DNA of 64,000 nucleotides, taken from positions 66,926,464-66,990,463 of the forward strand of contig NC_062566.1 in NCBI RefSeq assembly GCF_022837055.1, given 5' to 3'. Each line of letters opens with the position of its first letter. Position 1 is the stretch's first letter. The stretch comes from Prionailurus viverrinus. Lineage: Eukaryota. The notes beneath the pieces were generated by a model that saw only the letters and a program-made list of their open reading frames with translations, did not search any database and was not told the origin of the DNA. This document shows, piece after piece, positions 51,300 through 61,893 of this stretch. The position numbers and the translations under genes are program-made.

Positions 51300-52100
51300 T
51301 GTGTTCATGACTCACAAATTGTTTCCTTCCAGGATACTAATTCTAAACTAAGGCAAATTCTGAATTGTCTCAGAGACTTACTAAACTTGAAGAGTCTTCT
51401 GCTGCTCCATCACTCCCTCCATTTGCTCCCCACTGCCTATCTGTCCACCATCCCTCTCTCATTTTCTTGCTGAACTTCCTTTCTATGATTATCTAGAGAC
51501 TTCTCAGGACCCACCCCTACCTGTAGCATCTTTTATAGTTAAGCCAGGAGATGACATTTTAGGATCCCAGTTCTCTCGTTCTCCTTGGAGTAAAGCTGAA
51601 CTATGAGCTATTACCAAGGAGTTTCCTAACCCTAGAGAAAACCCTATTGGGTTTGCTAGACAATTCTTGATTGTAGTCCAAATTTATAAGCCAGGATTCT
51701 CTGATCTTTATCAGCTCATTCTCATGTTAGTAGATGAAAGACTTGCTAGAGAATGGATGCAAAAAGGAGTATGGACAGATCTTTTATTGGATTTCCCCAC
51801 AAAAAGGCTGTAGACATGAAAGAAGCCTCAAAATTAGCTAAAAGACTCCACAAAGAGATTCTTGATGGTTTTCCCCATACTATTGACCTGGAAAAAAATC
51901 CAAAAAAATATGTCCAAAGATCGACCTGGAAAAAAATCCAAAAAATGTGTCCAAAGATCTGATGAATGGGTTTTGTATGATTTTGAAAGATGTGAGAAAA
52001 TTTTTAAGCAATTATCTGGCATTGAAAAAGTTGACCATCACACCTCCACCTTGTTAAATTGTGCTTTTATTGAAGGTTTGCAAGAGGAACCTGCAATTCA
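51300..52100 (+). mobile_element. ERV internal region: gag (capsid-like) remnant, frameshifted
   Basis: Translation WSKAELAITKEFPNPRENPIGFARQFLIVVQIYKPGFSDLYQLILMLVDERLAREW resembles the gammaretroviral CA N-terminus. Contains a 38-bp tandem duplication at 51886-51960. Confidence 0.4.
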
Positions 52101-52430
52101 GATTTAAAAATTTTTAATTAATTAATTAATTTTTCAAAACCTGCAACTTAAACAAACAAAAACAAAAACCACCCCTGCAACTTAACTGGGCTACTATGAA
52201 ACTCCATGACCTAGTTAATTACTGCTGGGCAGCTCTCCAAAGCTATTCAAAAAGACACAAAAAAGAAACCCACAGAAGCCCTAAATACTCAAGTATAAGC
52301 AACCCAAATTAGGAACATGCAATTACAACAATTGACACACATCTTTTTTTCCAAAAAAAGGAAATATTTTTAAATTTTAACCTGATGAAAAATTTCAAGA
52401 CGATTTCTTGGTTACTGTCCTTGTGTTATC

Positions 52431-52564
52431 TTTTTTTTTTTTTTAAGATTTTTTTTTTTTTTTTTAATGTTTAGGTAATCTCTACACTCAACGTGGGGCT
52501 CAAACTCACAACCCTGAGATCAAGAGTTGCATGCTCCATGGACTGAGTCAGCCAGGCATCCCCT
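52431..52564 (-). mobile_element. CAN-SINE fragment (reverse, partial)
   Basis: ...ggactgagtcagccaggcatcccc with T-rich start. Confidence 0.7.
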
Positions 52565-52577
52565 GTCCCTGTGTTCT

Positions 52578-52806
52578 TTTTTTTTTTTAATTTTTTTTTT
52601 TTCCAACGTTTATTTATTTTTGGGACAGAGAGAGACAGAGCATGAACGGGGGAGGGGCAGAGAGAGAGGGAGACACAGAATCGGAAACAGGCTCCAGGCT
52701 CCAAGCCATCAGCCCAGAGCCTGACGCGGGGCTCGAACTCCCGGACCGCGAGATCGTGACCTGGCTGAAGTCGGACACTCAACCGACTGCGCCACCCAGG
52801 CGCCCC
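52578..52806 (-). mobile_element. Young CAN-SINE (reverse); TSD tgtgttcttt
   Basis: ...caaccgactgcgccacccaggcgcccc; CpG-rich. Confidence 0.9.
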
Positions 52807-52972
52807 ATGTGTTCTTTAATAACATAGCTCATACACCCAACTGTCTCCAAGATTCTATCCATGAGAAACTTTGGGCAAAAAAAATGCCACTGATAGAGGC
52901 CACATCCACTCTGCACCACCTATAAAAATTCTAGTGGATGAAAGAAATCCTCTGACAAATATTTACCAACAT

Positions 52973-52980
<8 letters not shown>

Positions 52981-53016
<36 letters not shown>

Positions 53017-53201
53017 GGGACAGAGAGAGACAGAGCATGAATGGGGGAGGGGCAGAGAGAGAGGGAGACACAGAATCGGAAACAGGCTCCAGGCTCTGAG
53101 CCATCAGCCCAGAGCCTGACGTGGGGCTCGAACTCACGGACCGCGAGATCGTGACCTGGCTGAAGTCGGACGCCTAACCGACTGCGCCACCCAGGCGCCC
53201 C
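52981..53201 (-). mobile_element. Young CAN-SINE (reverse); TSD accaacatccattttt
   Basis: ...ctaaccgactgcgccacccaggcgcccc; long poly(T) 52975-53013. Confidence 0.9.
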
Positions 53202-53215
53202 AACCAACATCCATT

Positions 53216-53428
53216 TTTAAAAATGTTTTTATTTATTTATTTTTGAAGGAGAGACAGACAGAGCATGAGCGGGGGAGGAGCAGAGAGAGAGGGAGACACA
53301 GAATCCAAAGGAGGCTCCAGGCTCTAAGCTGTCAGCACAGAACCTGACGTGGGGCTCAAACTCACAAACTGAGATCATGACCCGAGCTGAAGTCAGACAC
53401 TTAACCGACTGAGCCACCCAGGTGCCCC
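53216..53428 (-). mobile_element. CAN-SINE (reverse, different subfamily) inserted at the same target motif as the preceding SINE
   Basis: ...cttaaccgactgagccacccaggtgcccc; flanked by ccaacatccatt on both sides. Confidence 0.85.
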
Positions 53429-53978
53429 TGCCAACATCCATTATATACAGAGGCTGTTCAAGGAATCAAGCCCATAATTGAGGAATATATTAAATAAGGC
53501 CAAAAAAATTTTTTTAAAAACACACACAAAGCCTAACTGTTCAATATACAAGCCCTTGTAATATCCCCTTCCTTCCTGTACAAAAATCCCATGGAAGAGA
53601 ATGGAGGTTTGTTCAGAAGTTAAGAGTTATCAACAATATCGTTATTCTTCAGCACCCAGTTGTGCCAAATCTTCATACTCTACTTTCAGTCTTATCTCCA
53701 GAAAGCACAACCTTCACTGTCATAGATCTTTGTACCGACCCTGAAAGCCAATACCTGTTTGCCTTTACATGGGAAAATCAACAATTTACCTGGACTGTTA
53801 TGCCTCAGGGCTATACCAAAAGCCCTACCTATTTTTCTCAAATTCTGAAGGCTGATTTGCTGATGTCATTTTTTTTTTCAGAATTCTTCCTTTTTGCAAT
53901 ATGTGTATGATCTCCTCCTCTGTTCACCCTCAGAAGAGACATCCTTGGAAGACACTGTCCATCTCCTCTGAGAATTAG

Positions 53979-54006
53979 CAAAAAAAAAAAAAAAAAAAAA
54001 AAAAAA
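53979..54006. repeat. poly(A) tract
   Basis: About 28 consecutive A. Confidence 0.9.
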
Positions 54007-55123
54007 GGACATAAAATGTCAAAAGAGAAACTCCAGAGTTGCAAATTCAAGTTAAATACTGGGGCATCTAATTATTGATCATGGCCTCCATCTAGATCCA
54101 GACAGGAGTCAGGGCATTTTACCCTTCCCTTGCCATAGCACAAAAAGCTCAGAGGATCGGGGGGACTAGCAGTGTAGTGTAGGAACTGGATTTCACTGTT
54201 TTTGTTTTTTTTTTTTGCCATAGCCCAGTGTTTATACTCTTCCTAAAGCTGATCAGACTAAACTTCTCATCTGGTCAAAAAGGCTCAAGATTCCTCATTA
54301 AAGACAGCCTTCATGACTTACGTGCACTGGGTCATCTTAATTACAAGTTGCTTTTTTCCTTTTTTTCCACAAAATTATGGGAAATGCCATATGTGTACTT
54401 ACTCAATGCCATGGGGATCAACATAGGCCCATAGGTTATTAGAGCCAACAATTAGATCTAGTAGCTAAGGGCCTCCCTCCTCATATGAGGCCAACAGCAG
54501 CTACTGCCAACTTGCCACAACGCATAAAAGAAAGAGTGATGGGTTCTCTACTTACCATCCACTCAGTAGAAGCTTTGCTTCACTCTCCCCACACTCAGCT
54601 CTTATCTACCAGCAGGCTAACCTCCACTGAAGGACTTTTGCTCCCCGCCCCCTCACCATGACCATTGCTTCCTGTAACACCTTAAACCTGGCCACACTTC
54701 TTCCTCTGCCAACTGATGAAACCTCTCATGACTGTTTAAGGCTGACTGATCAACTTTTAACCCCTTGGATTGATTTACAGGAAATTTATCTCAAGAATGC
54801 TGAATTAATCTGGCTTACTGACAGATCCTATTTAAAGGATAAAACCGGTCTCTATCTAGACGGTTATGCTATAATATCTAACTGAAACCACTGAAGCTAA
54901 ACCCATACCAACGGCCACTTCTGTTCAGCAGGCAGAACTCTTTGCCTTAACTAGAGTCTATTTTCTAGGTAAAGATAAAGCTGCTAACATCTATTCCAAT
55001 AGTACATACGCCTTTGGTGTTGCTCATGATTTTGATATGCTCTGGAAACAAAGAGGTTTCTTGACTTCTTCTGAACAGAAAATAAAAAACAGTTCTTATG
55101 TATTAGATCTATTAAATGGTATC

Positions 55124-55316
55124 TGGGGTGCCTGGTGGCTCAGCTGGCTGAGTGTCCAACTTCAGCTCAGGTTATAATCTCACAGCTCATGAGTTTGAGC
55201 CCCATGTTGGGCTCTGTGCTGACAGTTCAGAGCCTGGAGCCTACTTCGGATTTGGTGTCTCCCTCTCTTTCTGCCTCCCCCCCCCCCAAAATAAATAAAC
55301 ATTACAAATTTTTTAA
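55124..55316 (+). mobile_element. CAN-SINE inside ERV pol
   Basis: Head GGGGTGCCTGGTGGCTCAGCTGGCTGAGTG; tail CCAAAATAAATAAAC. Confidence 0.85.
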
Positions 55317-56381
55317 ATGTTATTCAACTACCCAAATTTGGTGATAATTAAAATTCTAGGACACTCTATGGCAAACAGAGAAAAGCAGAGGAAGTCGTTT
55401 GCCTGATGCAGTTACTAACTCAGCAGCTTTAAGTCAGCCGTCACCTTTAATAAAGGCACCTGCAACTTCCATGTCTCCTGAATTCGCTGACAATCAAAAA
55501 CATAAAATAACAGAAGCCCAACAGTTAACTGTTTGGCAAAATAGAAAGAAATGGACAGAACAAGGTTATAAATCTGACCTCAGATAAAATCAATGGATAG
55601 ATCCTATCAACCCATCCTCCGATTGCCTACAGAGACATGTCCCGCAATATATACATGATTTGACACATTAGAATACTGATAAGATGGTCTCACTGGGAAG
55701 ACAATACTACTAGAAGCCATCACCAAAAATCATCTCACAGGTATACCCTAGTTGTCAGATTTACCCAAAACAGAATTCTGGAAAGCCTATTCATACTTGT
55801 ATGGGACATTCCCCTTTGCCTTCTGGAATTTTCACGCTATGGCAAATGGATTTCATCCTGTTGCCTCCCTCCCAAGGATATAAATATATACTAGCAATGA
55901 TTTATATGTTTTCTCAGTAGGTAGGTTGAGTTCATTTCCATGTTGGAAACCCACCACCAGAGCAGCAGGCAAGACATTGTTAGAAAAGATTATTCCTACC
56001 TGGGGAGTTGCCTCTGAACTTCATAGCAATTTGGGATCTCATTTTACTAGCTGAGTAATCCAATCTATCTGCAAAATGTGGCCCATTCTGCAGCATTTCC
56101 ATTGTGCTTATCAATCCCAATTTTTAGGATTGATAGAATGTATTAGTGGAACCATTAAATTAGCTAAACTAATAGAGTCTTTTAAACTGCCTTGGCCTAA
56201 AGTTCTGCAACTGGTCTTGCTTAACTTGTCCTGGAAAGAACAGATAATCTCTTATTGAACTTACTACTGGCAGGCTTATGAGGCTAGATAAAAGCATGTA
56301 TCAACTAGTTTTGCTTAAAGGAAATTCCTAATGTATTGCAAGGAACTTGTTAAAGCTTTAAAGGCTAACACCCAGCTTCTT

Positions 56382-56602
56382 GGGGTGCCTGGGTGGCTCA
56401 GTCAGTTAAGCCTCTGACTTCCGGCTCAGGTCATGATCTCACAGTTCATAGGTTGGAGCCACACGTCGGGCTCTGTGCTGACAGCTTGGAGCCTGGAACC
56501 TGCTTGGGATTCTGTGTCTCCCTCTCTCTCTGCCCCTCCCCTGCTAGCACTCTGTCTCTCTCTCTCAAAAATAAATACACATTAAAATTTTTTTTTAGAA
56601 AA
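56382..56602 (+). mobile_element. CAN-SINE inside ERV integrase; about 20-bp TSD
   Basis: Head GGGGTGCCTGGGTGGCTCAGTCAGTTAAGCC; TSD aaaggctaac(a/t)cccagcttct. Confidence 0.9.
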
Positions 56603-57753
56603 TAAAGGCTAACTCCCAGCTTCTAGAACAACCTTTACATAGCTTGCCCTGGGAAAACAAAGACATACACCATCATGACCTCCAACCTGGAGATTATGTT
56701 TGCTGAAAAAGACACCTTCATAAGGATGCTCTAAGCACTGATGGAAGGGGACATACCAGGTATTAATTAACCAGTCCTTATGCTGCCAAGTTGAGGAAGC
56801 ACTGACTCATGGATTCATATTTCTCATTTAGAAAAGGCTCCTCCTCCTAAATGGTCTTCTCTACCTACCAGAGGCAGCCAACTAAGAATTTCCAGAAAAC
56901 TTAAACTTATTCCAGGTGACTCTTTGAGTCCTGGACTGGAAGCCACCAGCATCTGATGTAAACTGCTTTTGCAAGAGTCAGGACCACACCAGTGTATCAA
57001 TCCTTTGTCATAGTTATTACCCACTGTTTAGCTCTTTGATTTCCCTTTACTGCTGAAAGCTCTTTGATTAAGTTATTCTAATTACATTATTGTTTGCCAC
57101 TTCCCAAAACAAAACAAAACAAAATCCAGAGATGCCAGTTATTGCAATGATATATGAAGACAATTAAGCTGGTTGAAATTCTTAGATTATTGTTCCTTCT
57201 AAGTAAGAATCCTTGTGATCTTTGCTCTTTCACACAAAGTTGGGATTCTCCACTGGTGGTAAAATCCCTCCTTTGGTTAAAAACCCATTCTACTACTATA
57301 GTATCTTCTTACTCTTAAATTGGTGCTGCTATTATCCTCCTTTAGTTTCTTTTCCTTTATTTCATTTAAATAAATTATTTTCCTGACTTGATGCCTCCTC
57401 CCTGTTTTGTCACAGAGGAAAAACAGTCACACAAATATCCCAGAGTTTAGCACAGGCAGGAAATCTTTCTGACTGTTGGATCTGCCACCATCAGGCCACT
57501 ATAGGCTATGGAGGATACAGTGCCCCTTTGGTCATCCCTGTTTACAACCTCTCTTTTCTCTCCAATGTCACCATAAATCAGACAGCCCCTTTTGACCTTA
57601 CTTACCATGTTAAAATAGCCTTACCTCCTTCGAAAGGGAAGCTCTCCTTGCTTTACCTACCCTAATCCCTGCCCAAGAACTGACCTGGGCAACATCTCCC
57701 ATGGATAGTCACCCTCCAATCTCGTTCTAAACTTCATCAAGAATTACCTGCCA

Positions 57754-57978
57754 GGGGTGCCTGGGTGGAACGGTCAGTTAAGCAACTGACTCTTGACCAA
57801 GTCATGATCTCACGGTTTGGTTTGTGAGTTGGAGCTCCAGTCCAGCTTCGTGCTGATGGCAAGGAGCCGGCTTGGGATTCTGTCTCTCCTTATCTCTGCC
57901 CTCCCCCGCTTGTGCTCTCTTTCTCTTTCTCAAAATAAATAAATAAACTTTAAAAAAAAGATTAAAAAAAGAAAATAA
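57754..57978 (+). mobile_element. CAN-SINE
   Basis: Head GGGGTGCCTGGGTGGAACGGTCAGTTAAGC; tail CAAAATAAATAAATAAAC; TSD aattacctgcca / aattatctgcca. Confidence 0.85.
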
Positions 57979-58633
57979 TTATCTGCCACTAGCCCTTGCC
58001 TCATAAAAACACATTGGAGCCTGACTAGTTTTCCAACAGACTCTTCTGGCTGTAAGACCCTCTTTTGTACAAGGTTCTTTCAACTACGCTATGATATCAA
58101 AAGAAGCATTTATCTGGCTGCTTGAATAAAACAGACCCCTGGTCTTCTCCTGTCTTACCCTCCATACCTACAAATGAGTCTGTTGATAATCAGACTTAAA
58201 AAGGAATATTTTGCACTCCCACAGAATATATTTTTGCCCGTGCCTATAAGTGACAACCTTGGACATTTACCTGCCTAGACAGTCAGAAAAGAACGGGACA
58301 ATATCTCCTAGGTTATTCAATTTCTCCCTTCACTATACTTCAATTGGTCACAGGGATCTTTCCTGCCCTAAACACTTACCATAGAAACAAGAGAGTTCTA
58401 TCCATTATAAATGACTACCCAGATGACAACTCCTCCAAATAGGAAGACAATGGCTACACACATTCTCAGGACTGTGACCTCCCACAGGGTACAACCCTAA
58501 TGAAAGAATGGATTTGGGGATCCATTTTGGGATCCTTTTTTGGAATCCTTTTTCCTGGTGGGATCTGCTGCAAATGAGGCCATGGTTAAGAATCTGCCCT
58601 AGGCTGTTAATAGAATAACCAGATCTGGCAGGG

Positions 58634-58758
58634 TGGGGGGTGCTGGGTGGCTCAGTTGGTTAAGCATCCGACACTTGATCTCAGCTCAGGTCTTGATCTA
58701 GGGTTGTGACCCCGCTGGGCTTGGAGCCTACTTTAAAAAGAAAAAAAAAAAAAAAAAG
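58634..58758 (+). mobile_element. CAN-SINE, 3'-truncated, with poly(A)
   Basis: GGGGTGCTGGGTGGCTCAGTTGGTTAAGCATCCGAC... then A-run. Confidence 0.7.
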
Positions 58759-59095
58759 AATAGCCTGATCCACTGCTAGGGCCATTAGAGCTCAGTGGTC
58801 TCTAGATTCCCTTGCCTGAGTTGTACAAGACAACAGAAGAGATTTGGATTACTTCCTGGCTGTTGACTGAGTCTGTGTCATCGCTAATACTTCCTGCTGC
58901 GCAACTAGATTAACACCTCATAGCAGGCTGAATTGGAAACTTAAACTGGCCATCATTAAAAGGAGTTTCTTTCAGCCCTCTAACTCAGTTTAATTTTAAG
59001 TTTTCAGACCTTTTCAGTTGACTCCCCACAGGACTCCCCTTCTAAGATCTGGATTACAAATAATCATACTTATTATTGTTCTTATGTGTTCCTTT

Positions 59096-59320
59096 TTTTT
59101 TTTTTTAATTTTTTTTTTAACGTTTTATTTATTTTTGGGACAGAGAGAGACAGAGCATGAACGGGGGAGGGGTAGAGAGAGAGGGAGACACAGAATCGGA
59201 AGCAGGCTCCAGGCTCCCAGCCATCAGCCCAGAGCCTGACGCGGGGCTCGAACCCACGGACCGCAAGATCGTGACCTAGCTGAAGTCGGACGCTCAACCG
59301 ACTGTGCCACCCAGGCGCCC
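59096..59320 (-). mobile_element. Young CAN-SINE (reverse); TSD tgtgttccttttt
   Basis: ...caaccgactgtgccacccaggcgcccc; CpG-rich. Confidence 0.9.
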
Positions 59321-59699
59321 CTGTGTTCCTTTTTAATTATAATTACATTACTGATGCTTTGTATGTCTCACTGTTGTTTGACCATCTAAAATGTCAAAAT
59401 TATGGACACATTAAGGCTTAAAATAAAATGATCAACCATGGCTATCCATTGGCAACCCCTGAAGACAAGTCAACTATCAACTTCATGGACTTTTAAGATG
59501 AGGACAATGCCTAAGACTTGCTTCCTGAAAACCTCTTTGTTGCTGTGACTGTATGGTCTTAGTGACATTCTTTATAACATTTCATTTTCCCTCCTCTGTG
59601 GGACATGACCTTCTAGGAATGAACCTTCCTAGATAAGTAGACAACAGATGATCCAATGGTTGATCATTAATGCTTTCCAAGGAAAGATCTTGGTCAAAA

Positions 59700-60150
59700 G
59701 GGGAAAACATGAAAAGAAAAAATTGAAATGGAATCACTGCTGTCAGGAAAAATGGAGCCAGAAGGCCATTAGGGAAGTGGGGCTTATGCAAGTCCACCTC
59801 TGCAGGGAACATGAACTTTAAGTATAGTTCACTGCCAAACTGCAACATCTTGGCTTCCTGCAGTCCCAGAAAGCAAGCTGGAAATTTAACAGAAATTAGA
59901 CTGTTTTAGCTAATCATTGTAAGTTACATCATATGTAAGTCTTCTTGGAATCCCCCCTCTGCACCCCCCCTTTTTTTTTTTTTTTTTTTTTGCCTTTAAA
60001 GACCCTCTGCTTCCCCGCCCCCCCCCCCCTCCCGTCAGTGGAGCACTATTTGGTTTTCCTCCCAAATCTAAGTCTTCCAAATTGCAGTTCCTCGGACTGC
60101 AAAAAAAATTTGCCGCCTCGATGTAAATTTTGTTTGACACATCTCAGACA
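59700..60150 (+). mobile_element. 3' LTR of the ERV (boundaries approximate), with poly(T)/poly(C) expansions at 59950-60030
   Basis: Aligns with the 5' LTR (see 49905-50575). Confidence 0.6.
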
Positions 60151-60239
60151 CAGGCTCATTTAATTTTATTCTGGAGTTGCAGGATACAAGGTTTAAATTT
60201 TTCTCTTTTCAAATCCCTCATGGTTTGCTCTAGACACAA

Positions 60240-61110
60240 TCGGGAATGAGGTTCCAGATAAAAGGTTTTCGGGGCCCTCTTCCGGCTTCCAGCCCTCATC
60301 TCGAATAGGCTTCCTTGAGGGAAACTTCGGCCCTGAGGACGAAAGTGGGTGCAGGGATGCTTTGGTAGACGTCCCCAGGGAGTAGGGTGCGGCGCGAGTC
60401 AGGTTCCAGCTCTGCAAAGAATGCAGATTAAGTTGTTAGCCTAGCCTCGGGCGATTGAATCTGGGTGTGTCGCCATGGAGATGGGGGCCGGCCTGCGTGT
60501 TCGGCTGCTATTGGCTGGGGACTCCAGGCTGGGATATAAGCCAGCTGCGAGTAACAGTACACTCACTGTATACACCGCACCCGGCGAGGACAGCTCAGCG
60601 CAGGGCGGCGCAGCTCAGCAGACCGGATCCGAGCGGAGAAGGGCGGGCTCCTCGAGAGGGCGGCGGTGGCACCATGGAGAACGGGTGAGACGAGCACCAG
60701 GCCCGGGGAACCCGGGAAGGGGAATGGCTGTCACTGAGACCTGGAAGCCCGGCACCTGGGCCCCGAGAGGGCCAGGAGAGAGAGCGAATGCTCTGGAGAT
60801 GTAGAGACCCCTGGCGGGGGAGCCCGTGTCGCGGCAGGGCGGCAGAGCAGTGAGGCGGCCAGCGACAGCCGGGGCACACGCGGGAATCGGGTAGTGATGG
60901 CCCCACCGGAGCAGGAAGGGGACACGGTGTGGTACCGTGCACTCTACTTGGGAAAGGGGGCGGGTGTGTTTATGTGCGTGTGCGCCGGCACTGAGGTGCA
61001 AGTTGTAGGGGAAGCGTACTCTCTCCCCCAGCCACCCCGACCGGCATACCGGGAAGAGGTCAACCCACCCCTTGTGCTTTTCACTCCCTTTGCAGAGTCT
61101 AGGTAAAGCT
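60240..61110. promoter_or_regulatory. PNP CpG-island promoter; inverted CCAAT (ATTGG 60510-60514) and TATA box (TATAAG 60535-60540) about 135 bp upstream of the ATG
   Basis: gctATTGGctggggactccaggctgggaTATAAGccagc; dense CpG through exon 1 and the start of intron 1. Confidence 0.6.
60674..60684 (+). CDS. PNP: PNP exon 1 coding part (ATG GAG AAC GG = M-E-N-G, phase-2 donor GG|GTGAGA)
   Basis: caccATGGAGAACGG|gtgagacg matches the conserved PNP N-terminus MENG(YTYEDY...). Position downstream of PIP4P1 matches human synteny. The rest of PNP lies outside the window. Confidence 0.55.
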
Positions 61111-61223
61111 GCGAGGTTCTTTTGGTGTCCGTATCTGGAGTTCCTCCTTCAGAGGAGAGATGTCTGAAGTTCTCTCAACACCTTTCTTCCCACCAAATTG
61201 GAGATCCAATTAAAATAAGTTGG

Positions 61224-61335
61224 GGACTGGGCAGCTGGCTGTGATTCTTGATAGAGTATGTGACTCTTGATCTCAGAGTCGTGAGTTCAAGCCTCACGTT
61301 GGGCGTGGAGCCTACTTACAATTTAAAAGAAAAAT
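61224..61335 (+). mobile_element. CAN-SINE fragment (head half)
   Basis: ...gactcttgatctcagagtcgtgagttcaagcctcacgttgggcgtggagcctac... Confidence 0.6.
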
Positions 61336-61351
61336 TTATTTTTTTTATTTA

Positions 61352-61640
61352 GGAAAAATTTTTTAATGTTTATTTTGGAGAGAAACGTAACGTGAGCGGG
61401 GGAGGGGCAGAAAGAGGGAGACACAGAATCCGAAGCAGGCTCCAGGATCGGAGCTCAGAGCTATCAGCACAGAGCCCCACGCAGAGGAGGGGCAGAGAGA
61501 GGGAGACACAAACTCTCAAGCAGCCTCCAGGCTCTGAGCTGTCAGCACAGAGACCAGCACGGGGCTCGAACTCATGAACCGCGAGATCATGACCTGTGCG
61601 GAAGTCCCACGCTTAACCGACTGAGCCACCCAGGCGCCCC
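61352..61640 (-). mobile_element. CAN-SINE (reverse) carrying an approximately 85-bp internal tandem duplication
   Basis: ggggcagaaagagggagacac...gctccagg...gctcagagctatcagcacagag repeated as ggggcagagagagggagacac...ctccaggctctgagctgtcagcacagag; ends ...gactgagccacccaggcgcccc. Confidence 0.8.
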
Positions 61641-61656
61641 TAAAAGAAAAGTTTTA

Positions 61657-61893
61657 GGGGCACCTGGATGGTTCAGTTGGTTGGGTGTCCGACTTCGGCT
61701 GAGGTCATGATCTCACAGTTCGTAGGTTGGAGCCACACGTCGGGATCTGTGCTGACAGCTCAGAGCCTGGAGCCTGCTTTGGATTCTGTGTCTCCTCTTT
61801 CTCTGCCCCTCCCCTGCTCACGCTCTGTCTGTCTCTCTGTCTCTTTCAAAAATAAATATGCATTAAAAAAAATTAAAAAAAAAAAAAGAAAAA
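61657..61893 (+). mobile_element. CAN-SINE, head-to-head with the preceding SINE (16-bp spacer)
   Basis: Head GGGGCACCTGGATGGTTCAGTTGGTTGGGTG; tail CAAAAATAAATATG + A-rich. Confidence 0.85.

Larger units (their letters stand above)
53560..57000 (+). mobile_element. ERV internal region: pol (RT, RNase H, integrase) remnant, gammaretrovirus-like (class I), multiple stops/frameshifts, interrupted by SINEs
   Basis: RT: VIDLCTDPESQYLFAFTWENQQFTWTVMPQGYTKSPTYFSQIL (compare MLV QPLFAFEW...QLTWTRLPQGFKNSPTLF). RNase H: LTDRSYLKDKTGLYLDGYAII...AELFALTRVYFLGKDKAANIYSNSTYAFGVAHDF. Integrase: WQMDFILLPPSQGYKYILAMIYMFS. Confidence 0.75.

Noticed and set aside
57000-59000. Possible ERV env gene
   Set aside because: Translations show only weak, non-diagnostic similarity to retroviral SU/TM. 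The region is broken by SINEs and stops. Left unannotated.
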